From the NCBI GenBank assembly GCA_036229005.1, contig JAZAMN010000020.1:32001-96000 (forward strand): a DNA stretch of 64,000 bases, in the 5' to 3' direction. A model generated the notes under the pieces. The model ran no database searches. It was not told the DNA's origin and saw only the letters and a program-made list of their open reading frames with translations. Positions 38,350 through 48,155 of this stretch are shown here, piece by piece; the first letter of the stretch is position 1, and every line of letters begins with the position of its first letter. Source of the DNA: Myxococcota bacterium. GTDB lineage: Bacteria; Myxococcota_A; UBA796; CAJQPC01. A program made the position numbers and the translations under genes.

Positions 38350-38658
38350 CTACTCCTGGGTCAGGGCCACGCAGTCCAGCCAGGCCTCGACCGCGGCGAT
38401 CTCGTCGGCCTCCATGCCGCCTCCCGGGGGCATGGTCTGATCCTCGACCACCCGGACCCGGATCCGATCCGCCCAGGCGATCGCGTCGGCCTCCGTGTCG
38501 AAGCTGCTCCCCTCCGGAGCGCCGTAGCGGTTCGGGGTGTCCTCCGCGTGGCAGGCCTGGCAGTGGGTGATCAGCAGGTCACGCACCTCACCGTCCCAGG
38601 TGGGGGTGCCTGTGTCGCACTCAGGGGGGCTGCTGCAGGCCAACAAAAGCAGGATCAC
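38350..38658 (-). CDS. Small c-type cytochrome lipoprotein
   Basis: LLAC lipobox, CQACH heme motif, distal Met in MPP. Confidence 0.8.
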   Translation of the reverse strand: MILLLLACSSPPECDTGTPTWDGEVRDLLITHCQACHAEDTPNRYGAPEGSSFDTEADAIAWADRIRVRVVEDQTMPPGGGMEADEIAAVEAWLDCVALTQE

Positions 38659-38684
38659 GAGGACCTCAGGGGATGCTATCGCGC

Positions 38685-38713
38685 TTGACAGAGTAGCCCG
38701 GACGCCGTACATG
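38685..38713 (+). promoter_or_regulatory. Sigma-70-type promoter upstream of rplU
   Basis: TTGACA, 17-nt spacer, TACATG. Confidence 0.5.
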
Positions 38714-38782
38714 TGCCCGGCTTGCGCCTGGACCCATTCGGGCTGCCTACCAACAGGCCTCCAGGTGCCTACGGAGTTTCCC

Positions 38783-39091
38783 ATGTACGCGATCATTGAG
38801 AGCGGCAACAAGCAGTACCGCGTCGAAGTCGGCGGGACGATCACCGTCGATCGCCTCGCAGCCGACGAGGGTGCTGAGATCAGCCTGGACAAGGTCCTGC
38901 TGGTCGGCGGTGAGCAGGTCAAGGTGGGCGCACCCACCGTCGATGGTGCCACCGTCTCTGCCAAGGTTGTCAGCCACGACAAGGGCGAGAAGGTCACCAC
39001 CTTCAAGTACAAGCGACGCCAGCGCAGCCGCGTTCGTCGTGGCTTCCGCCACTCCCACACCACCCTTGAGATCACCGCCATCAACGGCTGA
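38783..39091 (+). CDS. rplU: 50S ribosomal protein L21
   Basis: MYAIIESGNKQYRV...KVTTFKYKRR. Confidence 0.97.
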   Translation: MYAIIESGNKQYRVEVGGTITVDRLAADEGAEISLDKVLLVGGEQVKVGAPTVDGATVSAKVVSHDKGEKVTTFKYKRRQRSRVRRGFRHSHTTLEITAING

Positions 39092-39106
39092 TCGGGAGAG
39101 AACACC

Positions 39107-39382
39107 ATGGCTCATAAGAAGGGACAGGGCTCGACCCGTAACGGTCGTGACTCGAACCCCCAGTACCGTGGCGTCAAGCGCCACGACGGTCAGTTCGTGA
39201 CCGCCGGCAGCATCCTGGTCCGCCAGCTCGGCACCCAGTTCCACGCTGGCGACAACGTCGGCACCGGCCGCGACTGGACCCTCTTCTCCAAGGTTGACGG
39301 CAACGTCAAGTTCGAGAAGAAGCGGGGCCGTCGTCACATCTCGGTGGTCCCCTCCGAGATCCAGGCCGAAGCCGCCAAGTGA
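39107..39382 (+). CDS. rpmA: 50S ribosomal protein L27
   Basis: [16 protein letters not shown]. Confidence 0.98.
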   Translation: MAHKKGQGSTRNGRDSNPQYRGVKRHDGQFVTAGSILVRQLGTQFHAGDNVGTGRDWTLFSKVDGNVKFEKKRGRRHISVVPSEIQAEAAK

Positions 39383-39443
39383 GCACCCTGCCCCCCCGCG
39401 GGGCAGGCGCTTCGTCCTCACAGCCACTCCAGCAAGTGGACCC

Positions 39444-40475
39444 ATGCGCTTTGTAGACGAAGTCGAGATCACCTGTATCTCCGGTAGAGGAGGAGCTGGC
39501 TGCTCCTCCTTTCGTCGTGAGAAGTTCGTGCCCTACGGGGGCCCGGACGGTGGTGATGGTGGCCGCGGCGGCGACGTGATCCTCGTCGCCTCCGAGCGCT
39601 GCAACACCCTGGACCACCTGCGTGGTCGCCGGGTGTACAAGGCCCAAGGCGGTGAGCCTGGCCAGGGCCAGAACAAGAACGGCCGAAAGGGGGAGTCGCT
39701 GGAGGTCGTCGTGCCCGTGGGCACGGTGGTGATCTCCGTCGAGTCCGGCGCGCAGCTCGCCGACCTGGACAGCGTCGACAAGCGGGTGGTCCTCTGCAAG
39801 GGCGGCGCGCCCGGCAAGGGCAACATCCACTTCAAGACCGGCAACATGCGGGCGCCCACCAAGACCACCCCCGGTGGTGAGCCCGACGAGAAGCACGTGC
39901 GCCTGGAGCTCAAGCTCATCGCGGACGTGGGCCTGCTCGGCTTCCCCAACGCGGGCAAGAGCACCCTGATCTCCGCCGTGTCCGGCGCGCGCCCCCGCGT
40001 GGCCGACTACCCCTTCACCACCCTGGTCCCCAACCTGGGCGTGGTCTCCCGCGGCTGGGAGGGCTCCTTCGTGATCGCGGACATCCCCGGTCTGGTGCAG
40101 GGCGCCTCCGAGGGTGTGGGGCTGGGTCACCGCTTCCTGCGCCACGTCGAGCGCTGCAGCTTCTTCCTGCACCTGGTCAGCCTGGCCCCCTGGGGCGAGC
40201 CTATCGAGGATCCCCTGGAGCGCTGGGCCGCCATCAACGCGGAGCTCCAGAACTTCTCCGAGGAGCTGGCCGGCCGCAAACAGATCGTGGTGCTGACCAA
40301 GTCGGACCTCGTCGATGCCGAGACGGTGGAGACTGTGGTGGCGGAGTTCAAGGCCAAGGGGGTGACCCCCTGGGTGCTGAGCACCGTGACCCAGACCGGC
40401 CTCAAGGAGCTCATGGACCACTGCTGGCTGGAGGTCCAGGCCGACCGCGATCCGGAGCCCGAGGACACCCTGTGA
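39444..40475 (+). CDS. obgE: GTPase ObgE
   Basis: FVDE...FRREKFVPYGGPDGGDGGRGG, GFPNAGKST, YPFTTL, DIPG. Confidence 0.97.
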   Translation: MRFVDEVEITCISGRGGAGCSSFRREKFVPYGGPDGGDGGRGGDVILVASERCNTLDHLRGRRVYKAQGGEPGQGQNKNGRKGESLEVVVPVGTVVISVESGAQLADLDSVDKRVVLCKGGAPGKGNIHFKTGNMRAPTKTTPGGEPDEKHVRLELKLIADVGLLGFPNAGKSTLISAVSGARPRVADYPFTTLVPNLGVVSRGWEGSFVIADIPGLVQGASEGVGLGHRFLRHVERCSFFLHLVSLAPWGEPIEDPLERWAAINAELQNFSEELAGRKQIVVLTKSDLVDAETVETVVAEFKAKGVTPWVLSTVTQTGLKELMDHCWLEVQADRDPEPEDTL

Positions 40476-41170
40476 GCTTGGGGAGCGCCCTGCTCCTCAC
40501 AGGCCTGGGATGCGTCGGGCAAGGCTTCGAGATGCCCAGCTCCGAGAAGGAGACGCTGGTCGACATCTCGCACACGCTGACCCTGGACTCGACGACCGCG
40601 CTGGGGCCACACCGCCTGCTCTCCAAGGTGGAGCGCAGCGACCTGGTGGGCACCCAGGCCGAGTCCCTGGAGCTGGTGTTCCACGACTGGGAGAACCTGC
40701 GGGCCACCTGGGGACGCAACGGCAGGCCGGTGCGACGCACTCAGATCCACGAAGGCCGCGTGTTTGGCGGTCCCGTCGACTCCATGCGCGCCTTCCCGGA
40801 CGCAGGCACCCACCTGGGCGAGCTGCGTTCGACCTGGGACCTCTACACCCGCGCGCTGGAGCCCTTCGCCGAGCGGCTGGACTACCAGTACGTCGAGACC
40901 GTCGAGATCGAGGGGCGCACCGCCTGGCGCTACACCCTGGGGCTCACCCCCGGGCCGGATCCCAAGCGAGGCCTGGCGCCGCGCAGCCTGAGCGGGCACG
41001 TGACCCTGGACAAGGCCACCGCCGTCCGGCTGGATGTGGCGCTCGAGGGCACCCTCTGGGATCCGGAGGTGGACAGCGAGCGGCGCCTGAGCATCGCGAT
41101 CCACCGTGATGAGATCGGCGTGTTGTCCGATCTACAGGGTCCCGCCCCCAGCGAGGTCCGGCTGAAGTGA
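40472..41170 (+). CDS. Hypothetical lipoprotein
   Basis: GTGA overlap with obgE; LGC lipobox. Confidence 0.6.
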   Translation: MSLGSALLLTGLGCVGQGFEMPSSEKETLVDISHTLTLDSTTALGPHRLLSKVERSDLVGTQAESLELVFHDWENLRATWGRNGRPVRRTQIHEGRVFGGPVDSMRAFPDAGTHLGELRSTWDLYTRALEPFAERLDYQYVETVEIEGRTAWRYTLGLTPGPDPKRGLAPRSLSGHVTLDKATAVRLDVALEGTLWDPEVDSERRLSIAIHRDEIGVLSDLQGPAPSEVRLK

Positions 41171-41196
41171 GCCTCCACCCTCCCGATTGGAAACCC

Positions 41197-41226
41197 TTGC
41201 CCTCCCCCGGACAGGGTGTCTATGCT
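41197..41226 (+). promoter_or_regulatory. Possible sigma-70 promoter upstream of rsfS
   Basis: TTGCCC, 18 nt, TATGCT. Confidence 0.4.
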
Positions 41227-41426
41227 GACTGTGATGAACGCTCTCCACGACACCAGGGCCCCCGCCGCGTGCTGAAGGCTGGTCAGATTCAGGGACACCT
41301 CTGCGAGCCGTCCCGAGATTCGACCCGAACGCGCGCTGGATTCCTACTGGACAGCACCGCCCCGTGTGCCTATTCGGCACAGCCACCCCAAGACACCCCC
41401 GGCAGAGCGCCGAAGGGGAGGTCCCT

Positions 41427-41804
41427 CTGAGCCACGAAAACGCCATCTCCCTCGCCAGCGCATCCCTCGACAAGAAGGCCAAGAACCCCTTGGTCCTCTT
41501 CGTGGAGCCCCTGGTCCACTACTGCGGCCACTTTGTCATCCTCTCGGGCGGCAGCGGTCGGCAGGTGCGCGCCATCGCCATGCACCTCAAGGAGGTCGCG
41601 AAGGAGATGGGCCTGACCACCCTCTCCATGGAGGGCCTGGACGTCGGCAAGTGGGTCGTCCTGGATCTCGGCGACGTGGTCGTGCACATCTTCGAAGATC
41701 GCGCGCGTGGATTCTACGATCTGGAGGGCCTGTGGAGCGACGCCGAGCGCGTCGAGGTCCCCGGGGTCCAGGCCGATGACGCGTCCATGGACGCGATCGC
41801 CTGA
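41427..41804 (+). CDS. rsfS: Ribosome silencing factor
   Basis: DKKA, FVILSG.S.RQVRAIA, WVVLDLGDVVVHIF, FYDLEGLW. Likely CTG start after GGGGAGG. Confidence 0.92.
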   Translation: MSHENAISLASASLDKKAKNPLVLFVEPLVHYCGHFVILSGGSGRQVRAIAMHLKEVAKEMGLTTLSMEGLDVGKWVVLDLGDVVVHIFEDRARGFYDLEGLWSDAERVEVPGVQADDASMDAIA

Positions 41805-41854
41805 GCGAAATGCCTTGTAGTGGCGCGCCTGCACGGCTGCGCTACTCACAAGGC

Positions 41855-42493
41855 ATGTCTTGGGGACGCACCGCTCTCTCGCTCCTGCTGCCCACCGCCT
41901 GCGCGGGGTGCGAGCAGCCCATGGCGTCCAGCCCAGCGGCCACCCTCTGCGGGGACTGCCTCGCGGAGCTCCCCCGCACCCTCGCAGCGCAGCTCCGCGC
42001 ACCGGAGCTCTGCCAAGACGCCTTCTGGTGGGCCGAGTACGCATCCCCCACTGGCCAGGCCCTGCGGCGGGCCAAGTACCGCCCGGACCTGCAGACCCTG
42101 GACCTGCTGTCCGAGCATCTGGCGGAGGCCGCGCGCGGTCGCCTTCCCCAGGTGGACGCCGTCGCGCCGGTCCCTCAGACCCCCCAAGCCTGGCTGCAGC
42201 GCGGCTTCTCGCCGGCCCAGCGCCTGGCCCTGGCCTGCGCCCGGAGCCTGGACCGCCCACTGATCCAACCCCTGGCCCGGGGGTGGGGACAGGCCCAGGC
42301 CGGGCGCTCTCCCCAGGAGCGGGAGCAGAACGTTCGCAGAGCGTTCCGTGCCCGGGGGCCGGTACACGACATCCGTGTCCTGCTGGTGGATGACATCCTG
42401 ACCACAGGCGCCACCGCGAGCGCCTGCGCTCAGACACTCTTGAACGCCGGAGCAGCCAGCGTGGTGCTCCTGGCGGCGACCCGAGCGAGCTGA
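41855..42493 (+). CDS. comF: ComF family phosphoribosyltransferase-like protein
   Basis: CAGC...CGDC, AKY, RGF, LLVDDILTTGAT. Confidence 0.85.
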   Translation: MSWGRTALSLLLPTACAGCEQPMASSPAATLCGDCLAELPRTLAAQLRAPELCQDAFWWAEYASPTGQALRRAKYRPDLQTLDLLSEHLAEAARGRLPQVDAVAPVPQTPQAWLQRGFSPAQRLALACARSLDRPLIQPLARGWGQAQAGRSPQEREQNVRRAFRARGPVHDIRVLLVDDILTTGATASACAQTLLNAGAASVVLLAATRAS

Positions 42494-42550
42494 TCCACAG
42501 CAGCTCGGGCACGCCCCGTCGGCGTTTCACCGGCATTGGTGCATGAGAGA

Positions 42551-42674
42551 GACAACGCGTTCAACTTTCTTGGACGTTGTCCCCCGAATGAACGCGTGTA
42601 CCTTGCGTCTGAGGGTCAGACTGCAAAAAACCCAAGCTCTCTCCGTTCAACGGAACTTCGGCACGGGGTTTGCA
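42551..42674 (+). promoter_or_regulatory. Sigma-54 promoter with upstream palindromes (candidate enhancer)
   Basis: CGGCACGGGGTTTGCA with GG at 42660-61 and GC at 42672-73. IRs GACAACG/CGTTGTC and ACGCGTTCA/TGAACGCGT. Confidence 0.7.
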
Positions 42675-42723
42675 ATCAAACCCAATGTCCACACTGGACA
42701 GGCAACAGACACCGGAGAACACG

Positions 42724-42906
42724 ATGACCCCCAACACCCAGACCGTTTCCCTCGCTGACCTGATCACCACCCTCTACGACGAGTACCTCGCGCTCTACGG
42801 AGACAAGGAACTGGCCTCAGTGGCGGCTGCAGCTACGATCAACGACATCCTGGCCGAGCGCGCTCAGGCGCAAGCCAAGGTTGCACGCCAGGAAGAGGCC
42901 GCCTGA
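42724..42906 (+). CDS. Small hypothetical protein (60 aa)
   Basis: GGAGA RBS; downstream of the sigma-54 promoter; SLADLITTLYDEYLALYGDKELASVAAAATINDIL. Confidence 0.7.
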   Translation: MTPNTQTVSLADLITTLYDEYLALYGDKELASVAAAATINDILAERAQAQAKVARQEEAA

Positions 42907-43173
42907 GTCCGGGGGGGTCATCCCTGACCGGGTGAGTCAAAGCTGACCCGGTTCCCCGGACACTCCAAATCGAAGTGTCTCCGCACGGCGCACTGCTCCA
43001 CATGGGGCGTGCGCCGTGTGTCGTCTGGGGGCTAGCGGCGCGCGCCGACGCGCCGGGGGAGCCCGCCAAGGATCCTTGAAGGGATCCAGCGCCCATGGGG
43101 ACTTGCCCGTCCTGGTCTTTTCATAGCGGCCAAAAGGGTTTACACGTCAATATCCCCCGCCTGCGTGGCTCCC

Positions 43174-44664
43174 ATGGCCCAGCTCTCCCCCACCGCAGCA
43201 CCAACCCGCGACCCCCTCCAGCGGGTCTGGGCAGCCGTCACCATCCGGGTGGCGTGGGAGCTCTACGCCCAGGGCGTGCGGCCCAGCGGAGCCAGCCTGC
43301 GCGAGGCCCGAGAGCACGTGCTGCTCTCCCTCCCCGAGCAGATCGGCCGCCTGCAGGCGGAGGAGCTCGCCTCGGTGTTCACCCGGGAGTACGTCGGCCG
43401 GATGCACCAGGGGCGGTACCGGCGCACCCCAATCCCCCGTGACCCCGTGGTCCCCCGCCCCTCCTGGCGGGAGCGCCTGACCGAGGCGCTCGACCCGGTG
43501 GGAGAGGTCGTGCTGCGCCTGGTCCACGGGGACGGCCTCAGCCTGGAGCAGGTGGAGACCATCACCAAGGTGGACCGGGTGGTGCTCCAGGCCGCCCAGC
43601 AGGGCGTCCGCGGCGCGCTGCGCGCCATCATGGCCGAAGACGGCGTGGCTGTGCCCATGGAGAGCGCCGCCTTCGAGCGCTTGCTGGCTCGCACCGCGCG
43701 CCTGCCCGCCGCCGACTGCCGAGGAGGCACCGAGGTCACCACGGCCGCTGGGGCGGCGCACGCGGAGCGGTGTCCTCGCTGTGCCCGGGCGGTCCGCTTG
43801 ATCCGCGCGGGGGCCCTGGCGCCCGATGAGTTGGTCCCCCCCGAGCGCATCGACCGACCCGCCCCCCTCTCCCTGCTGGTCCTGAACCTGCACCCCGAGG
43901 CCCGGCATCACCGCAAGGCCCTGGTCGAGGCCCTGGCCCCCGGCGCGCTCCGGGCGGACGAAGACAGCCTGCTGGTGGACCTGGACCGCGTCGGCGACCA
44001 CGTGGCCATCCTGCACGCCCTGGCCCTGGAGGGCACCCCCAGCCGCGAGCAGCTCCGCGGCGCGATGGTCCGGGGCGCAGGGCGCTGGTGCTCCCGGGGT
44101 CTGATGGGCCCTGTGGCGGCCGCTGGCGTCGAGCTGACCCGCTCCCGGAGCTGGGGAGAGGTCGACTCCTGCGGCACCCTGCCAGAGGCGCTCCCAGAGC
44201 CCCCCACGGCCGCGCGCTGGTGGTCCGCCGCCGTGGTCGCGGTGCTGCTGGCCAGCATCCTGGGTCTGTGGGCCCTGCGCCCCAAGCACACCCCACCCGA
44301 CCACCCACTGCGCGGCACCTTCGTCCAGGACGAGGCGGGCGTGGTCGGCCAGTTCGATCTGAGCGACCAGGCCTACCTGCTGGTCGTCGCCTGGCGTCCC
44401 GACGGCAGCCTGGAGCTCGTGCATCAGAGCGACCGCGTCTGGGACAAGGCCGAGCTGGCGGCCGGGGACGGGAGCTACCGGGTCAGCGAGCCCCAAGGCA
44501 GCCGCTTGCTCCTCGCCAGCGCCGCGACACCCTTCACGCGCAGCGACCTGTTGACCGAAGCCCAAGCCAGCGCGGATCCGCTGGACATGCTGGCCCGCAC
44601 ACTGCCCAAGGCCTGGGAGGGCGTGGACGTGCTGGTGCAGAGCCCCCCCGAGCCTCTACCCTGA
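43174..44664 (+). CDS. Hypothetical protein with sigma-region-4-like HTH, HxxxCxxC motif and a TM segment
   Basis: LRLVHGDGLSLEQV...; HAERCPRC; WWSAAVVAVLLASILGLW. Confidence 0.65.
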   Translation: MAQLSPTAAPTRDPLQRVWAAVTIRVAWELYAQGVRPSGASLREAREHVLLSLPEQIGRLQAEELASVFTREYVGRMHQGRYRRTPIPRDPVVPRPSWRERLTEALDPVGEVVLRLVHGDGLSLEQVETITKVDRVVLQAAQQGVRGALRAIMAEDGVAVPMESAAFERLLARTARLPAADCRGGTEVTTAAGAAHAERCPRCARAVRLIRAGALAPDELVPPERIDRPAPLSLLVLNLHPEARHHRKALVEALAPGALRADEDSLLVDLDRVGDHVAILHALALEGTPSREQLRGAMVRGAGRWCSRGLMGPVAAAGVELTRSRSWGEVDSCGTLPEALPEPPTAARWWSAAVVAVLLASILGLWALRPKHTPPDHPLRGTFVQDEAGVVGQFDLSDQAYLLVVAWRPDGSLELVHQSDRVWDKAELAAGDGSYRVSEPQGSRLLLASAATPFTRSDLLTEAQASADPLDMLARTLPKAWEGVDVLVQSPPEPLP

Positions 44665-44682
44665 CCTCCTTCCGAGGAGCCC

Positions 44683-45144
44683 ATGGCCCGCATCACCCCC
44701 CTGGACATCATCCAGAAGGAGTTCACGCCCAACCGGCGGGGCTTCGACCCTGACGAGGTCCAGGGCTTCCTGGATCAGGTGCGCGAGACCCTGGAGGAGA
44801 CCCTCAAGGACAAGCGCCGCCTGGAGGAGAAGCTCCGGGACCGCGAGCTGGAGCTCGAGCGCATGCGCCGCAATGAGGACCAGATCAAGGACACCCTGGT
44901 GCTCGCCAAGAAGCTCGCCGCCGAGGTCGAGCACAACGCCAGGCGCGAAGCCGACGTGGTCCTGGGCGAAGCGCGCCTGCAGGCCCAGGAGCTGCTCTCC
45001 GAGGCCGAAGACCAGATCGACGACCTGCACCAGGAGCTGCAGGAGCTCAAGGGCAACCGACACCGCCTGCGGGCCGAGCTGCGCGCCGTCCTGCAGACCC
45101 ACCAGGCTCTGCTCGCAGACATGGAGCGCGGCGACAGCGCCTGA
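44683..45144 (+). CDS. divIVA: DivIVA-domain protein
   Basis: ITPLDIIQKEF...RGFDPDEVQGFL plus coiled coil. Confidence 0.9.
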   Translation: MARITPLDIIQKEFTPNRRGFDPDEVQGFLDQVRETLEETLKDKRRLEEKLRDRELELERMRRNEDQIKDTLVLAKKLAAEVEHNARREADVVLGEARLQAQELLSEAEDQIDDLHQELQELKGNRHRLRAELRAVLQTHQALLADMERGDSA

Positions 45145-45184
45145 GCTGCGTGGGGGGGTCAGGCTGCGGGTGACCTCGCTGGGG

Positions 45185-45946
45185 TCAAGAGGCCTGCCGG
45201 TCTTCGTGGGGCTCCGATGCCTGAGCGGTGGACCGAGCTTTGCCCGCAGCAGGCCGCAGCACCTCCCCTTCCTGAAGGATGCCGGTCCCGGGGATCCAGT
45301 CCACGGCGGGCACCGAGATCTGGAAGTTGTAGCGGGTCATCAGGGCGGGCTTGTGGTGCAGGCGGTGGTGCTCGCGGGCCCAGCGCAGGCCGGGGATGGC
45401 CATGGCGGGGTGATCCGCGGGCAGGTGGCAGGCCAGGTGCACCCACTCGAAGAAGCTCATGTAGACGAGGACGGTCGCGGCAAAGACGCGCGCTGCGTCC
45501 CCACCCAAGAGCCCCCAGATGGCCAGACTGATGGGGAGCGCGACGCCAAAGACGAGGACAACGAGCTGCTTGGGATGCAGCACGGTGGCGTGGACGTCCA
45601 GGGGGTCGGCGCCTTCGATGGCCTGGTCGGTGAAGTAGCGGTGGTGCACGCGGACGTGCTGCCGGAACATGAACTCCAGGCGCGGCACGGGGCGGTGCAT
45701 GGGGATGCGGTGGGCCAGGTACTCCGAGACGGTGGACAGGGCCCAGGTGGCGACCGCGGTGGCCACGAGGCTCCAGTGGAAGGCCTCGATGCCCGCCAGC
45801 AGGAGCGCGCAGACCCCGAGCATGGCGGCGGTGATTCGGCGCTGTTGACGCCACCCGTTGTACCCAGCAGGGAGCGCGGCGCGGTACTCGTCGCGGAAGC
45901 GCTGGGTCTTGGCGGGGACTGCGGTTCTGGTAAGCGGTGGGCTCAT
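45185..45946 (-). CDS. Sterol desaturase / fatty acid hydroxylase family protein
   Basis: His boxes EYLAHR..MH, H..VHH, EWVH..CH, HH.LHH. Confidence 0.85.
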   Translation of the reverse strand: MSPPLTRTAVPAKTQRFRDEYRAALPAGYNGWRQQRRITAAMLGVCALLLAGIEAFHWSLVATAVATWALSTVSEYLAHRIPMHRPVPRLEFMFRQHVRVHHRYFTDQAIEGADPLDVHATVLHPKQLVVLVFGVALPISLAIWGLLGGDAARVFAATVLVYMSFFEWVHLACHLPADHPAMAIPGLRWAREHHRLHHKPALMTRYNFQISVPAVDWIPGTGILQEGEVLRPAAGKARSTAQASEPHEDRQAS

Positions 45947-48120
45947 GCGCTGGCCTCCAGTCGGCCGCGGGCGGCGAGGGTACTCAGGACCTCAACGAGG
46001 GACTCACGGCGCAGCGGCTTGGGCAGGAACTCGTCCATTCCGACCTCGGTGCAGCGCTCGCGGTCTTGCGGTAGCACATTCGCGGTGAGCGCCACGATGG
46101 GCACGCGGGTGTGGCCCTTCTGCTCCTCCCAGGAGCGGATGCGCCGGGTGGCCTCCAGGCCGTCCATGCGGGGCATCTGCAGGTCCATGAGCACCAGATC
46201 CCAGGCGTTGTCGCGGACCTGCGTGAGGGCCTCGATGCCGTCGTTGGCGACCCCGACCTGCACCCCCTCCTGCTCCAGGAAGCGGCGGGCGACGAGCTGG
46301 TTGACGGGGTTGTCTTCGACCAGGAGCACGCGCAGACCGGGCAGGGCAGGCTGCGGCACGGAGGGCTCGGTGCTGGTGTCGCCTTCGAGCAGGGAGAAGA
46401 GCTCGCCGCGCTGGATGGGGCAGAGCAGCACCTCGGCGTTCTGCTGACGGGCGATGCGGCGGGCCTCCAGGAGGTCCGAGCCCGGGGCCACGAGGACGCG
46501 GTTGCCGGGCACGTTGGCGGCGGCGGGCTGCTCCGGCTCGAAGGGGAGGAAGTGGATCGAGGCGTCCTTGGGCTGGAGGATCTCCACCTCCATCGCCCGC
46601 AGGTGGGCCACCAACGCGTCGCGCTCAGGACCATCAGCGAGGTGAACGCTGGCACCGAACACCGAGGGCAGCGGGCGCGGCAGGCTGAGCTCCACGACGC
46701 GAGACGGGATCTCCGCCCAGAAGAAGGCCCCGCCGCTCTCCAGATCTTCGGCGCCGATGCGGCCCCCCATCTGCTCGACCAGCGCGCGGCTGACCTTGAG
46801 GCCCAGGCCGCTGCCACCGTGACGGCGGGTGTGGCCCTGGTCGCCCTGCTCGAAGGCCTCGAAGATGCGCTCCAGATCCAGGCCGCCCAGGCCGGGACCG
46901 GTGTCCCGGACCTCCATGCGCAGAACGCTCCAGCCCCGGTCGGGGGCGCTCGCGCTCAGGCGGAACCAGACCCGCCCGCGGTTGGTGAACTTGAGGCCGT
47001 TGCCCACCAGGTTGACCAGCACCTGGCGCAGGCGGACCTGGTCCCCCACGAGCAGCGCCGGCACGCTGGCGTCCGCGAAGCCGCTCAGGCGCAGCTCCTT
47101 GCTCCAGGCGCTGGGGGCCAGGGTGCCCAGGACCTCGTCCACGAGCTCCACGGGGTCGAAGGGGGCCTGACCGATCTCGAGCTGTCCGCGCTCGAGCTGC
47201 ACGGTGTCCAGGATGTCGTCGATGATCTCCAGGAGCAGCCCGCCGGAGCTGGCGATGTTGCGGATGTACTGCTCCTGCTCGCGGTTCAGGGGGCTGCTGC
47301 GCAGGAGCTGGACCATGCCGATCACCCCGTTGAGGGGGGTCCGCAGCTCGTGGGACATGGTGGCCAGGAAGAGCCCCTTGCTTCGGGCAGCGGACTCGGC
47401 GGCCTCCCGGGCCAGGATGAGCTCCTGGTGCTGCCGAGCCTGGATGAGCTCCCCCATCGCGGCGACCCAGTACTCCCGCTCCAGCTTGCGGCCCTGGGTG
47501 AGCATGAAGCCCAGGAAGGCCACCACGAGCAGGCCGAGCAGCCAGGCGTCCGGGACCCCCACGGCCGTCTGGTAGACGACCACACACAAGAGCGGGAGGG
47601 CGATGAGGGCCTGGTAGGCCAGGTTGGCGCGCATGCTGTAGGTGAAGGTGCCCAGCGACCCGCCGGTGATCCCGGTCGTCGAGAGCATGACCATGACGCC
47701 GAGCGGCCCCCAGGGCTCCGCGAGCCACGCGGGCGCGACCACCCCAGCGCCCCAGACCAGGCCCTGCAGGACCGTCAGCAGGTAGAAGCGCCGGTGACCC
47801 TCCAGAGCGTCGTTCAGCTCGTCGCTCACCAGCAGTCGCCGGTTCCACCACCGGACCGCGGTCAGCATGAGGGTCGCCGCCAGCGCCCCCCAGAAGGTGG
47901 GCAGGCCGCGCACCCCGGAGTGGAGCCCCAGGACCAGGAACAGGATGGGGTAGGTCGCCAGGGAGACCGGCACCCGCTGGCTCAGCTCACGGGTCGCGTC
48001 CAGCAGCAGCCGGCGGTACTGACCGGCGTCCAGCTCGTCGGCCCCGGAGGGAAGCTTGACCCCCCAGGGGACTGGGCGTTCGTCCGTGGCGGTCAGGGCG
48101 TCCAGCATGCTCTCAGACAA
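45943..48120 (-). CDS. Membrane hybrid sensor histidine kinase/response regulator
   Basis: FLATMSHELRTPLNG, NLVGNGLKFT, DTGPG, GGSGLGL; receiver LLVEDN...MDLQMP. Confidence 0.93.
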   Translation of the reverse strand: MSESMLDALTATDERPVPWGVKLPSGADELDAGQYRRLLLDATRELSQRVPVSLATYPILFLVLGLHSGVRGLPTFWGALAATLMLTAVRWWNRRLLVSDELNDALEGHRRFYLLTVLQGLVWGAGVVAPAWLAEPWGPLGVMVMLSTTGITGGSLGTFTYSMRANLAYQALIALPLLCVVVYQTAVGVPDAWLLGLLVVAFLGFMLTQGRKLEREYWVAAMGELIQARQHQELILAREAAESAARSKGLFLATMSHELRTPLNGVIGMVQLLRSSPLNREQEQYIRNIASSGGLLLEIIDDILDTVQLERGQLEIGQAPFDPVELVDEVLGTLAPSAWSKELRLSGFADASVPALLVGDQVRLRQVLVNLVGNGLKFTNRGRVWFRLSASAPDRGWSVLRMEVRDTGPGLGGLDLERIFEAFEQGDQGHTRRHGGSGLGLKVSRALVEQMGGRIGAEDLESGGAFFWAEIPSRVVELSLPRPLPSVFGASVHLADGPERDALVAHLRAMEVEILQPKDASIHFLPFEPEQPAAANVPGNRVLVAPGSDLLEARRIARQQNAEVLLCPIQRGELFSLLEGDTSTEPSVPQPALPGLRVLLVEDNPVNQLVARRFLEQEGVQVGVANDGIEALTQVRDNAWDLVLMDLQMPRMDGLEATRRIRSWEEQKGHTRVPIVALTANVLPQDRERCTEVGMDEFLPKPLRRESLVEVLSTLAARGRLEASA

Positions 48121-48155
48121 TCATCTCCCCGATACAATGTCGACTACAAGCGATT

